A stretch of DNA of 60,466 nucleotides, counting the filler. It is 6 parts of 6 records of this genome, joined end to end, with 100 filler letters (N's around TTAATTAATTAA, not from the genome) between each part and the next. Parts side by side here need not be neighbours in the genome. Positions count along the whole stretch, not along the records: positions 41,531 to 60,466 come from SRR31156797_11892; 5 more parts are not named here. The stretch is one strand, 5' to 3'. This document shows positions 47,068 to 56,055 of the stretch, piece by piece. The number at the start of each line of letters is the position of its first letter. Position 1 is the first letter of the stretch. Under the pieces are notes generated by a model. It saw only the letters and a program-made list of their open reading frames with translations. It had not been told where the DNA came from and did not search any database. The position numbers were made by a program, and so were the translations under genes.

Positions 47068-48966
47068 ATGAAAACAATGATCCGACTGATTGGGCTTAGC
47101 CTGCTGGCACTCAGCATTACCCTCCCTTCTTTGGCAATGGCTGCCGATAAAAAAGCGATGCCAACCGGCATGTTTGAGCTGTATGCCATGAACGAAAAAG
47201 ACAACATCGGCAACTACATCACCGAAGACTTCATTCTTACGGCCTATGCCATGATGGTTAACCAAAGTATTACGGATATGGAACAGGCCGTGGTCATGCC
47301 GGCGTTTAAGACTCTGTTGACTGCCATGGTTCAGCATTTGAAAAATAACCCGCCCTCCAAATTGCCGGTGGATGTTGCAGCCCATAAAGCCAACCTTAAT
47401 TATCTGAGCGTGGTCAAAGCCCTGGCATTTGGTCACACAAAAATCAAGGACGCCCCGGACGGTGACACCGCCAATGGGGAACTTTCTGCCGTGATGGGTG
47501 CCAAAGGGATTGCCGTATCCCCATTGGTGCAGCAAAAGATTGACTACACCCAATTCAAGGTTCGGGGTAAATATACCCGTACTGCTGAACTGAAGAACTA
47601 TTTTCGGGCGATGCGGTACAGCAGCACTGTATTATTCCCGGTGCTTTCATCCAAAGCGACAGGTATTACGGAAAAGCAGGCGGATTTTCTGACTGCCCAG
47701 GCCCGTGCCCTGGCTGAGCTGATTCAAAATCAGCCGAAAATCAAACAGCAATATGACAGTATCAACGAAAAATTATCCTTTTTGTTCGGGCCGCCCGATG
47801 ATTTGACCGTTGGCGACTATATAAAGGTCTCTTCTGCCGTATCCCCTGAAACCAAGCTCCCGGCCCTGAGGAAAAAATTGGCTGAGTTTGCTGGAAAGCA
47901 CAGCAAACAGCCCCGGATTATTGCCGGTATCGTGAACCAGTCTGCTTTGAAAAAAGAAAAGCGCAGCGCATCGGAAGTTATGACCGGATTTCGGTTAATG
48001 CCCCTGCGGTTCACCCCGGACAGCGCGGCCTTACAGGAATTATGCTACAGCCGCCTGTCCGGCGATTACCAGGGTAAGGATAAAAAACAGCCTCCTTTTT
48101 CCATGGTCCTGGCTGGCGGCCGCCCGGTTAAAGGATTCCCCCTGACCCTTGAGCTGATGGCTCTGTCCGGGTCAAAGGCCGCTGAGACGATCCTGGCCGG
48201 TTCCGGCGACCAGGCATACAAGGGGTATGATGTGGCATTCAAAAAGGCGAAAGCCGGTCTTGACCAGGGCAACGGTCTGGCCGCAGATCACCTGGCACTG
48301 ATTGCCTACTGGCTGAAAAGAGGTCAGGATATCCAGGTAAACAATGATCCTGCCAGGCGCCTGAACACCAGTCTGGGGTTTTATACCTGGCACCGGTATA
48401 TCAATATCCTGTATGCCAAACAATCTTACAGTGCAGTGGCTAAAAGTCTTTTGATATCACAGTCCCGCAGCACTGCATGGATTGAACCGGCACCTGAACT
48501 CTATCTTCTTTTGAAAAATCAGGTGGGCAAGCTGAGCAAGCACTTTGCAGATCCCCGGTATACCCGCAGGATGAGTACGTTTGCCGGACTGCTTGAACGC
48601 TGTCATGACATTGCCCGCAATATTGTTCTTGGAAAATCCCTGTCTGCGGCTGATACAGGCTTTTTAAATACCTTGGATCAGGCGTTTAAAAAATTATTGC
48701 CTGGTGAAGACCATCCCATTGTTGTGGATATCCACACGGATGCCAATTCCGGCAAGGTGCTGGAACAGGCCCTGGGATATCCTCAAATCGTTGAGCACGA
48801 TACCGGGAAGGGCCGAACACGGGGCGCACTATTCACCCATTATGAATTTAAACAGGACATGGATAAACGGTTGACGGACAGGGAATGGCAGCTGATTCTC
48901 ACTGCTGACCCGAAATTGGCTAACTTTCAGATGGCACCGGGTCCCGATTCGGGTACAAAACCATAG
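47068..48966 (+). CDS. Secreted DUF3160-family protein
   Basis: Signal ending AMA; YITEDFIL, DYTQFKVRGKYT..YFRAM, FRLMPLRFTPDS, ILYAKQ, VVDIHTD, YEF..RLTDREW. ATG 47068 after AAGGAG. Confidence 0.8.
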   Translation: MKTMIRLIGLSLLALSITLPSLAMAADKKAMPTGMFELYAMNEKDNIGNYITEDFILTAYAMMVNQSITDMEQAVVMPAFKTLLTAMVQHLKNNPPSKLPVDVAAHKANLNYLSVVKALAFGHTKIKDAPDGDTANGELSAVMGAKGIAVSPLVQQKIDYTQFKVRGKYTRTAELKNYFRAMRYSSTVLFPVLSSKATGITEKQADFLTAQARALAELIQNQPKIKQQYDSINEKLSFLFGPPDDLTVGDYIKVSSAVSPETKLPALRKKLAEFAGKHSKQPRIIAGIVNQSALKKEKRSASEVMTGFRLMPLRFTPDSAALQELCYSRLSGDYQGKDKKQPPFSMVLAGGRPVKGFPLTLELMALSGSKAAETILAGSGDQAYKGYDVAFKKAKAGLDQGNGLAADHLALIAYWLKRGQDIQVNNDPARRLNTSLGFYTWHRYINILYAKQSYSAVAKSLLISQSRSTAWIEPAPELYLLLKNQVGKLSKHFADPRYTRRMSTFAGLLERCHDIARNIVLGKSLSAADTGFLNTLDQAFKKLLPGEDHPIVVDIHTDANSGKVLEQALGYPQIVEHDTGKGRTRGALFTHYEFKQDMDKRLTDREWQLILTADPKLANFQMAPGPDSGTKP

Positions 48967-48979
48967 GGGGAAAAATAAA

Positions 48980-49861
48980 ATGAAGAAAGCCTATTTCGTT
49001 TTAATGGCTTTAGTGGCATTGGCATTGTGCTGGGTTGCAGTTGTTCCGCCCGTTGCAGCAAGCCAGGGATGTCAACAGGCAAAACACCTTTATGATTTGG
49101 CAATAGGCCATTCCGACAATCAGGAAAAAATTCGGCTTCTGGAGGAAGTTGCCGATGTATGCCCCGATTTTAATACCTATTTCCAATTGGGAAAAGCATT
49201 TGAAAAAGAAAAAAAGTATAACGAAGCGCGGATGGCTTACAAGGATGCGCAGTTGACAACAGAAGAAGAAAGGCTGCAGGCCAATGCTTTGATCATGATC
49301 GGGGGAACTTATGAAACGCAAGGGTCAATGCAGGCGGCGATCCGGCATTACCGGCAGGCACAGATGGTTCATGAGAATCCTAAAGTTGAGGCTCATTTGC
49401 AAAAACTTGTCCTGTCTCTGGCAGGAGAATATGTTTCCCAGGATGATATAACCCGGGCATTGACGGAATCCACAAGATCCCTCAGGGGGTTTTCCGTTGC
49501 TCCCAAGATTGATCTTTACATTAACTTTGACCTGGACAGCCATGCACTTTCCAGCCACGATGCGCAACAACAGGCTGAGGCACTTGGCCGTGCCTTGATG
49601 GACAAAAGCCTGAAAGGCAGGCACATTCATATTGTCGGGCATACGGACAGCCAGGGTGATGCATCCTATAATATGTCACTGTCAATGAAACGGGCCCAAA
49701 GTGTGAAACGGTTTTTGATCGGACAATTTCCCGCTTTAACATCCCATTTGTCCCTCACAACCCAAGGAAAAGGCGAGACCGGCCTGCTGATTTCTCCGGA
49801 AGTCACACAGCGGCATTTCGCTGCCAACCGCCGGGTAGAGGTCGTGCTGCAATACAAATAA
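48980..49861 (+). CDS. Secreted TPR + OmpA-C (peptidoglycan-binding) protein
   Basis: Signal peptide; TPR-like helices; INFDLDS, IVGHTDSQG..YNMSLSMKRA, GKGE, NRRVE. Confidence 0.88.
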   Translation: MKKAYFVLMALVALALCWVAVVPPVAASQGCQQAKHLYDLAIGHSDNQEKIRLLEEVADVCPDFNTYFQLGKAFEKEKKYNEARMAYKDAQLTTEEERLQANALIMIGGTYETQGSMQAAIRHYRQAQMVHENPKVEAHLQKLVLSLAGEYVSQDDITRALTESTRSLRGFSVAPKIDLYINFDLDSHALSSHDAQQQAEALGRALMDKSLKGRHIHIVGHTDSQGDASYNMSLSMKRAQSVKRFLIGQFPALTSHLSLTTQGKGETGLLISPEVTQRHFAANRRVEVVLQYK

Positions 49862-49890
49862 TACTACGGATAGGAGGCCTGATCATAAAT

Positions 49891-51609
49891 ATGACTTCTC
49901 AAAAAAAAAGCAGGTTCATGGGTGTGTGCGTTGGCCTGGTGCTGTGCCTGACCGTTATTTTCCCGGCCTGGGCAGCCCATCATGCCCTGCTCATTGGCGT
50001 AGGCGAATATCCGGGCCTGCCGCCGAAAGCGCAGTTGGAGGGCCCGGTGTATGATGTGGCAGCTTTGAAAGAGCTGCTGATCGCCGAGCTGAAATTTGAG
50101 CCGGGTAATATTGTAACGCTCACCGATGCCCAGGCCACTAAAGACGGGATACTGACTGCCCTGGATAACCTGCATAAAACGACATCACCCGATGATTTTG
50201 TATTTATTTATTTCAGTGGACATGGCACAAGCCCCCAGGACAAGGGGGCCCGGAAAATGAAAATAGATGATATGGGCACGCCTTACACCGGTGCCGTTTT
50301 GCCTTTTGATTTTTCCATTGAGGGCAGTGCAGCCCAAATAATGGGCAGGCTGATCATCGGTAGCCGGGATATCCGGCCACGTATAGAGCGCTTGGATAAA
50401 GACCGGCGGATCTTCGGCGTGTTTGATGCCTGTTATTCTGAAAATGCTTTCCGCAGCCTTGATGTGCCAAAAACACGGCATGTGATCATACCCTGGGACC
50501 GCGCAACAAGAAGTATCGGGGATTCATTGATCGACGATACCCCGTCGGAGACCAAGCAGACACCGGCCCCGGTTTCTGCACCAAGCCCTTATAAAAACAC
50601 GGTATTTTTATCGGCAGCATCCAAAGGAGAACCGGCAAATGACATGGTTCAACGTGATATGCCCCACAGGTATACTACCTTTGACGGCAATTCCCATGGT
50701 GCATTGAGCAATGCCTTGCTCATTGGTTTAAACGGGGCCGCAGATCTGGATGGCAACGGTAAAATTACTTATCGGGAACTGCACAAAAACGTTCGACTTA
50801 AAGTGGAACAAGATTTCCATCACACCCCCCGGCTTCTGGTGCCGGAAAACCGGCCCTCCATGAAAGATGACATGGTTTTTCACGCCAAACGGGGCGGACA
50901 AATCCGACCGAATCCACCACTCCCTGCAGGTCCGCTGAAAGTCACGGCCAAGGGAAGTGCAAAGCGGTTTCTCTCCGCTATCGCGGACATTCCCGGAGTC
51001 AAACTGGGTACGGAAAACGATTTTGACCTGATGATAAAGGCCGCACCGGCCGGTGCGGGCAACAATAGTGACACAGAAAAATTTGAATTGTATCTGTCCA
51101 ACGGGGGAATGCTGGCTGAACTGCCTAAATCTAAAGTCCTGGAAAGGATCAAGGCCCAGGTCAAAGTCAAAACACTGCTGGAAAAAACATGGCCAAATTC
51201 CGGATCTAACGTGTTTCTTGAAATTCTTGGCAAGCAGGGGATACTGTTTGAAGGGGATTCTCTTGGATTCTCCATTGAGACCCAGTCTGATGCCTATATT
51301 CTGCTTATCAATATTGACCATGCCGGTAACATTAACGTGGTTTATCCCTATGATGAGTCGGAAACGGTCATCGTTAAAAAGGGACAAGGGCTCCATATGC
51401 CGGGTGTTTGCCGGGTAACCGGGGAATTTTTGGGCACGGAATACTTAAAGGTGTTTGCCTTCCCGGCCCTGCCTGCAGAAATTTCAACACTGATGGGTGA
51501 ATCTTTTTCCCCTGAAGATCCATTGTTTAATACCCTTTTGACCATGCTCAACCAACAAAAAAAGGGCGTGACCACTACAAGGATGCTGAAAACGGAAAGA
51601 CGGCAATAA
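49891..51609 (+). CDS. Secreted caspase-like peptidase C14 + DUF4384
   Basis: Signal ending AWA; HALLIGVGEY, LEGPVYD, FSGHG (H111), DACYS (C181), EF-hand-like DLDGNGKITYREL; C-terminal DUF4384. Confidence 0.88.
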   Translation: MTSQKKSRFMGVCVGLVLCLTVIFPAWAAHHALLIGVGEYPGLPPKAQLEGPVYDVAALKELLIAELKFEPGNIVTLTDAQATKDGILTALDNLHKTTSPDDFVFIYFSGHGTSPQDKGARKMKIDDMGTPYTGAVLPFDFSIEGSAAQIMGRLIIGSRDIRPRIERLDKDRRIFGVFDACYSENAFRSLDVPKTRHVIIPWDRATRSIGDSLIDDTPSETKQTPAPVSAPSPYKNTVFLSAASKGEPANDMVQRDMPHRYTTFDGNSHGALSNALLIGLNGAADLDGNGKITYRELHKNVRLKVEQDFHHTPRLLVPENRPSMKDDMVFHAKRGGQIRPNPPLPAGPLKVTAKGSAKRFLSAIADIPGVKLGTENDFDLMIKAAPAGAGNNSDTEKFELYLSNGGMLAELPKSKVLERIKAQVKVKTLLEKTWPNSGSNVFLEILGKQGILFEGDSLGFSIETQSDAYILLINIDHAGNINVVYPYDESETVIVKKGQGLHMPGVCRVTGEFLGTEYLKVFAFPALPAEISTLMGESFSPEDPLFNTLLTMLNQQKKGVTTTRMLKTERRQ

Positions 51610-51619
51610 GGAAGCTACA

Positions 51620-54490
51620 ATGAAAAATAAATTCTCAGTACAATGTTGTGTTCTGTTTTTGATGTTCTGGGTGATGGGAGGGGCCGCTGCCGCCCCAAGC
51701 CGCCCGCCATCAACCGAACCCATTCTCCGGCTTGGAACAAAAATGCATTTTTCTACGATAAGGCGGATCAGTAGTGATGCTTCAGGCCGGTATATTCTCA
51801 CCTGCAGCGAGGATAAAACGGCAAGGCTCTGGGACGGGGAAACCGGTGATCTTGTCAGAATTTTAAGAGTTCCGTTAGAAAAAGGAAAGGAGGGCAAACT
51901 GCGTGCCTGTGCCCTTTCTCCTGACGGAAACATTGCGGCTGTGGGAGGGTTTACAGGTTACAAGTATTCGGGAAAAATCGTCATCTATCTTTTTAGTACA
52001 CTCACAGGTGAAATGATCCAAAGGCTGACGGGTATGGAAGGTGTCGTTTGTGACATCGAATTTTATTCCAATCATTTATTTGCTGCAGCCCTTGGCGGAA
52101 AAACCGGCATCCGGGTATTTAAAAAAACCGGAACCCGTTTTGTTCAGCATCACAAAGATACAGACTATGGCGGACCAACTTTAAATTTGGCTTTTGGTAC
52201 AGATGGCCGGCTGGCATCTGTTGCCTTTGACGGTTATATCCGCCTTTATGATGCTGAATTCAACCTTATAAAAAAGAAGAAGGCAACGGGCGGGAAAAAG
52301 CCCTATTCACTTACTTTTTCTCCGGATAATACCAAACTGGCAGTTGGATATGGTGATACCGCTGCCCTGGAAGTACTGGACACGGGCAACCTTGACGTCC
52401 TCTACCGGCCCGATAATAAGGGTGCCGATACCCCGGGCCTGCAGTTGAACAAGTTAAGCTTCGGGACGGACGGGTGCCTCTACGGAGGCGGGCTCTATGA
52501 TCAATCCATTGAAGGCAGGCAGTGGTTTTTAATTCGCAAATGGGCTGATTATGGCCGGGGAAAGTTTTTGGATTTTAAAGCCGCCGGCAATACGGTTATG
52601 GATATTAAGGCATTTGGAAACGGGCTTGTTATGATGGCCGGCAGCCGGCCGGATATGGCTTTGTTTACAGCGTCCGGAGACAGGGTGTTTTATAAAACCG
52701 GCGAAGTGATGGATTTTGGGCATAAAGACCGGTTTGAATTTTTTACAGTGAGCCGGGATGGCGGCCGGATTACATTTAAACCCACGGGGGCTGATCCGCT
52801 TACCTTCAGCATTGCCGACAGGGCACTGAAACCATTTTCCAAAAAATTTGACTCTTCCCGGGATAGCCGCGCGGGGCTTAATATTACAGACTGGAAAAAT
52901 ACGGATTGCCCAAAACTCAACGGCTGTCCATTGGATTTTCTGGATCGATATGAGACCTGTCGAAGTATAGATATCGGAGCGGATGGCACTCTTCTGGTGG
53001 GTGCCGCCTGGTCAATTTATGCGCTGGACAAAACAGGAAATCAAAAATGGAGAGCACAGGTCCCCGGCGAAGCCTGGGCCGTTAAGATTGCCCCGGATAA
53101 TAAAGTCGCTGTGGCAGTTCATGACGGGGGGGAAATCCGTTGGTACAGGATGAAAGACGGTGCACTGCTTTTGTCCCTGTTTGTCCATCCGGACAGAAAA
53201 AGATGGATTCTGTCTACCCCCCAAGGGTATTATGATTCTTCCCCCGGAGCAGATTCCCTTATGGGCTGGCATATTAACAAGGGTCCGGAACAGGCTGCAT
53301 CTTTTTATCCCATGTCCCGTTTTCGGTCATCATATTACCGGCCGGATGTTTTGGCTAAAGTGATTGAGTACGGTGACGGTGGAAAAGCGCTGGAGGCAGC
53401 GGACAAGGGCAAGAAAAAAAAGCCGTTATCCATTGTGAAAATGGTACCGCCGGAAGTGGTCATTGTTTCCCCTGAAAATAATGCTGTGGTTTCTTCGGAT
53501 ACAATCCGTGTCAAATACCGGGTCAACACGCCTTCAGGGGAAGCAGTCACTGGAATTAAAGTGATGGTGGACGGACGGCCTCTGGACCGTCAGCGGGGAA
53601 TTAAGCGGGTAAAAAAAGGAGATGTTGTTGAAGTTAATGTTCCGGTGCCGCCCCGGGATAGTACGCTGTCTATTATCGCCGAAAACCGGTATGCTGCAAG
53701 TGAACCGACAAAAGTCAGGTTGAAGTGGAGCGGGCCTGACAAGTTCATTCTCAAACCCAAACTCTATGTTCTGGCCATGGGCAGTTCCTTGTACGACGAT
53801 GAGGACCTTCAACTGGATTTTCCGGCAAAAGACGCCCAGGATTTTGCTGCTGTGTTAAGACAGCAAAAAGGGGGCATTTATAGGGATGTGGAAGTGAATT
53901 TGCTTGATAATCCCTCAAGGGATGATATTTTAGATGGTTTGGATTGGATTGAAAGGCAGACCACAGATCTTGATGTGGCAGCAGTGTTTCTGGCCGGCCA
54001 TGGGGTGAATGACAGAAATGGAAAATACTACTACCTGCCCATTGACACGGATCGTGATAGAATCAAACGGACCGGGATATCTTATTCAGCCATCAAAGAC
54101 ACGATCACCGGACTGGCCGGCAAGGTGCTTTTTTTTATCGACACCTGCCATTCCGGTAATGTGATGGGAGCGCGGCGTGGTGATACAGGTGATCTGAATC
54201 AGGTTGCAAATGACCTGTCCTCTGCTGAAAACGGGGTTGTGGTCTTTACCTCTTCCTCAGGGACCCAGTATTCACTGGAAAATCATTCTTGGGGCAACGG
54301 GGCATTTACCAAAGCTGTGGTCGAAGGATTGTCCGGGAAGGCCGATTACCATCGGGACAATAAAATATCCATCAATGAACTGAAATTGTTTGTGGCTGAG
54401 CGGGTTAAAGAACTGACCCGGGGGCAGCAGACCCCCACAACCTGTCAGCCTGAAACAATTACCGATTTTCCCATTGTGTTGATACAATAA
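51620..54490 (+). CDS. Secreted WD40 beta-propeller + Ig-like + caspase-like peptidase C14
   Basis: Signal peptide; WD40 repeats (TCSEDKTARLWD, SVAFDGYIRLYD, GEIRWY); TPQGYYDSSPG; PPEVVIVSP Ig-like domain; LAGHG (H794), DTCHSG (C843), GAFTKA, GQQTP. Confidence 0.9.
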   Translation: MKNKFSVQCCVLFLMFWVMGGAAAAPSRPPSTEPILRLGTKMHFSTIRRISSDASGRYILTCSEDKTARLWDGETGDLVRILRVPLEKGKEGKLRACALSPDGNIAAVGGFTGYKYSGKIVIYLFSTLTGEMIQRLTGMEGVVCDIEFYSNHLFAAALGGKTGIRVFKKTGTRFVQHHKDTDYGGPTLNLAFGTDGRLASVAFDGYIRLYDAEFNLIKKKKATGGKKPYSLTFSPDNTKLAVGYGDTAALEVLDTGNLDVLYRPDNKGADTPGLQLNKLSFGTDGCLYGGGLYDQSIEGRQWFLIRKWADYGRGKFLDFKAAGNTVMDIKAFGNGLVMMAGSRPDMALFTASGDRVFYKTGEVMDFGHKDRFEFFTVSRDGGRITFKPTGADPLTFSIADRALKPFSKKFDSSRDSRAGLNITDWKNTDCPKLNGCPLDFLDRYETCRSIDIGADGTLLVGAAWSIYALDKTGNQKWRAQVPGEAWAVKIAPDNKVAVAVHDGGEIRWYRMKDGALLLSLFVHPDRKRWILSTPQGYYDSSPGADSLMGWHINKGPEQAASFYPMSRFRSSYYRPDVLAKVIEYGDGGKALEAADKGKKKKPLSIVKMVPPEVVIVSPENNAVVSSDTIRVKYRVNTPSGEAVTGIKVMVDGRPLDRQRGIKRVKKGDVVEVNVPVPPRDSTLSIIAENRYAASEPTKVRLKWSGPDKFILKPKLYVLAMGSSLYDDEDLQLDFPAKDAQDFAAVLRQQKGGIYRDVEVNLLDNPSRDDILDGLDWIERQTTDLDVAAVFLAGHGVNDRNGKYYYLPIDTDRDRIKRTGISYSAIKDTITGLAGKVLFFIDTCHSGNVMGARRGDTGDLNQVANDLSSAENGVVVFTSSSGTQYSLENHSWGNGAFTKAVVEGLSGKADYHRDNKISINELKLFVAERVKELTRGQQTPTTCQPETITDFPIVLIQ

Positions 54491-54499
54491 GGAGTTCTA

Positions 54500-55414
54500 A
54501 TGAAAAAAGTAATTTTTTTTAACGTTTTTTTGTACGGTTTTATTTCATTGTTGATTCTGTCTGGCTGCATGATGCCGCAGGGAACAATTGAGCCTGTGCA
54601 GGGTGATCAGTGTGCGCAAAATCTGTATAAATTACAATCGTATGACAAATCAAATGCAGTGACCTCTTCTGCGATGTCCTGGACAAAATGTATAGCAGAA
54701 TGCGAGCTTAAAGCTTTTCTGACAGGTGGGGAAGAAGACTGCAAAGCCAAGTGTAACAGTCAGGTCGATACAAAAAAAATAGTTAACAACTTTATTTCAA
54801 CTTCGGAAGAAGAACAAATGCGACTGAGGCAGATCAACCTTGAAATTGACCGCCTTCAGCAGTGCCGGAATCAGGAATCCAGACTGATACTTGCGGGATT
54901 AAAAAGCAAAAATTCCGTTAGAAGAAAAAATGCCCGGGCCGACTACAAAGTTTTCGTGGAAAAAGTCCAAAATGACAACCGTCTATTAGACAAACTTTTA
55001 GCTGCATCCGGAGAGCGCATCTCTGAACATGAAAAGACAATGACAGAACTCAATAAAATGAATGATGATTCGGGCATTAATGTACGTGCAGGATACAATA
55101 TACGCAGTGCACCATCTACAAAAACCGGTCAAATTATCGGAAAAACAGGCTCAAGGGCAACAATCAGGCAGGTCCAAGGCAGATGGGTCTGTATCGACTA
55201 TCTTTCGCATGAAAAGGCATATGTCCATATCAAAGCGTTTCCCTCTCTTTCTCCTGGCAGCCAAACAGCGCCCGGCAAGAAAAATAATGCAGCAGCCCAT
55301 GAAGCTCATGTCGCGACCCAAAGACAACATGCTGAATCTGTTGAAAAAAAATCCGATTATGCCAGCGGTATGGATCTTCGTTTGTCTGAACTGGATGAAG
55401 CGAGCATTTCCTAA
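54500..55414 (+). CDS. Lipoprotein with Cys-rich segment, coiled coil and SH3b-like domain
   Basis: Lipobox ILSGC; CIAEC..CKAKC; NIRSAPSTKTGQIIG..GRWVCI. Confidence 0.7.
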   Translation: MKKVIFFNVFLYGFISLLILSGCMMPQGTIEPVQGDQCAQNLYKLQSYDKSNAVTSSAMSWTKCIAECELKAFLTGGEEDCKAKCNSQVDTKKIVNNFISTSEEEQMRLRQINLEIDRLQQCRNQESRLILAGLKSKNSVRRKNARADYKVFVEKVQNDNRLLDKLLAASGERISEHEKTMTELNKMNDDSGINVRAGYNIRSAPSTKTGQIIGKTGSRATIRQVQGRWVCIDYLSHEKAYVHIKAFPSLSPGSQTAPGKKNNAAAHEAHVATQRQHAESVEKKSDYASGMDLRLSELDEASIS

Positions 55415-55437
55415 ACATATATAGGAAGGAAGAAAAG

Positions 55438-56055
55438 ATGAAAAAAAAGTCTATTTGTTTGGGTTGGCTGTGGATCTGCGTATTTTTTTTAGCCGGTCAT
55501 GGTGTTTGGGCAAGTGAAAAAATGGTCAAGGCCAAAATTGGAATTGAGATTTTTACGGGTCAAGATATTCAACGTGCAAAATCCAGGGATACGTTAAAAC
55601 CGGGGGATAAAATTCGCATTTACGTCCATACCCGGGAAAGTGCCAATGTCTATGTGGTGTCCACTGACAAGAAAAAAGCCATTCTGCTCAATATGACCAA
55701 TCCAAAAATCGGTGAGCCCACGTTTGTATGTCTGCCGTCTGCCGATGCCTACTACAAAGTGGACGGTATCTCGCCTGTTGAACGGTTGATCATTTTGTGC
55801 AGCCAGGAAAAAATACCTGAAATCTCTAAAATGACCGACTCGGGAATACCATGGAGCCAATGGGTTGACATAGAAGCCAGGCTTTCCAATCAAAGCACTG
55901 TTTCTTTAACCCAGTCTTTAAAACCGACCATTGAAATCGCTGGAAATACCAAGGGGTTGGATGGTGCTGTTGCTAAAGACGATTTTGTAGATACGCTTCC
56001 CACCTATTCGGGCAAAGGACTGCTGACAAAAATATATGAGTTCAAAATTCAATAG
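55438..56055 (+). CDS. Secreted DUF4384-like protein
   Basis: Signal ending VWA; LKPGDKIRIYV..ANVYVV..LPS..YKVD..ERLIIL. Confidence 0.68.
   Translation: MKKKSICLGWLWICVFFLAGHGVWASEKMVKAKIGIEIFTGQDIQRAKSRDTLKPGDKIRIYVHTRESANVYVVSTDKKKAILLNMTNPKIGEPTFVCLPSADAYYKVDGISPVERLIILCSQEKIPEISKMTDSGIPWSQWVDIEARLSNQSTVSLTQSLKPTIEIAGNTKGLDGAVAKDDFVDTLPTYSGKGLLTKIYEFKIQ

Noticed and set aside
44229-51396. Minus-strand ORFs 44229..45131 and 50728..51396 within the cluster
   Set aside because: They are antisense to genes with clear domain motifs and have no independent support.
45641-54490. Caspases as a known cytoplasmic anti-phage system (gasdermin, CBASS, type III CRISPR-associated, Avs)
   Set aside because: All three carry signal peptides, and I recognise no gasdermin, CD-NTase, STAND ATPase, Cas gene or array. 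A defence role is not excluded, but it is not one of these systems.
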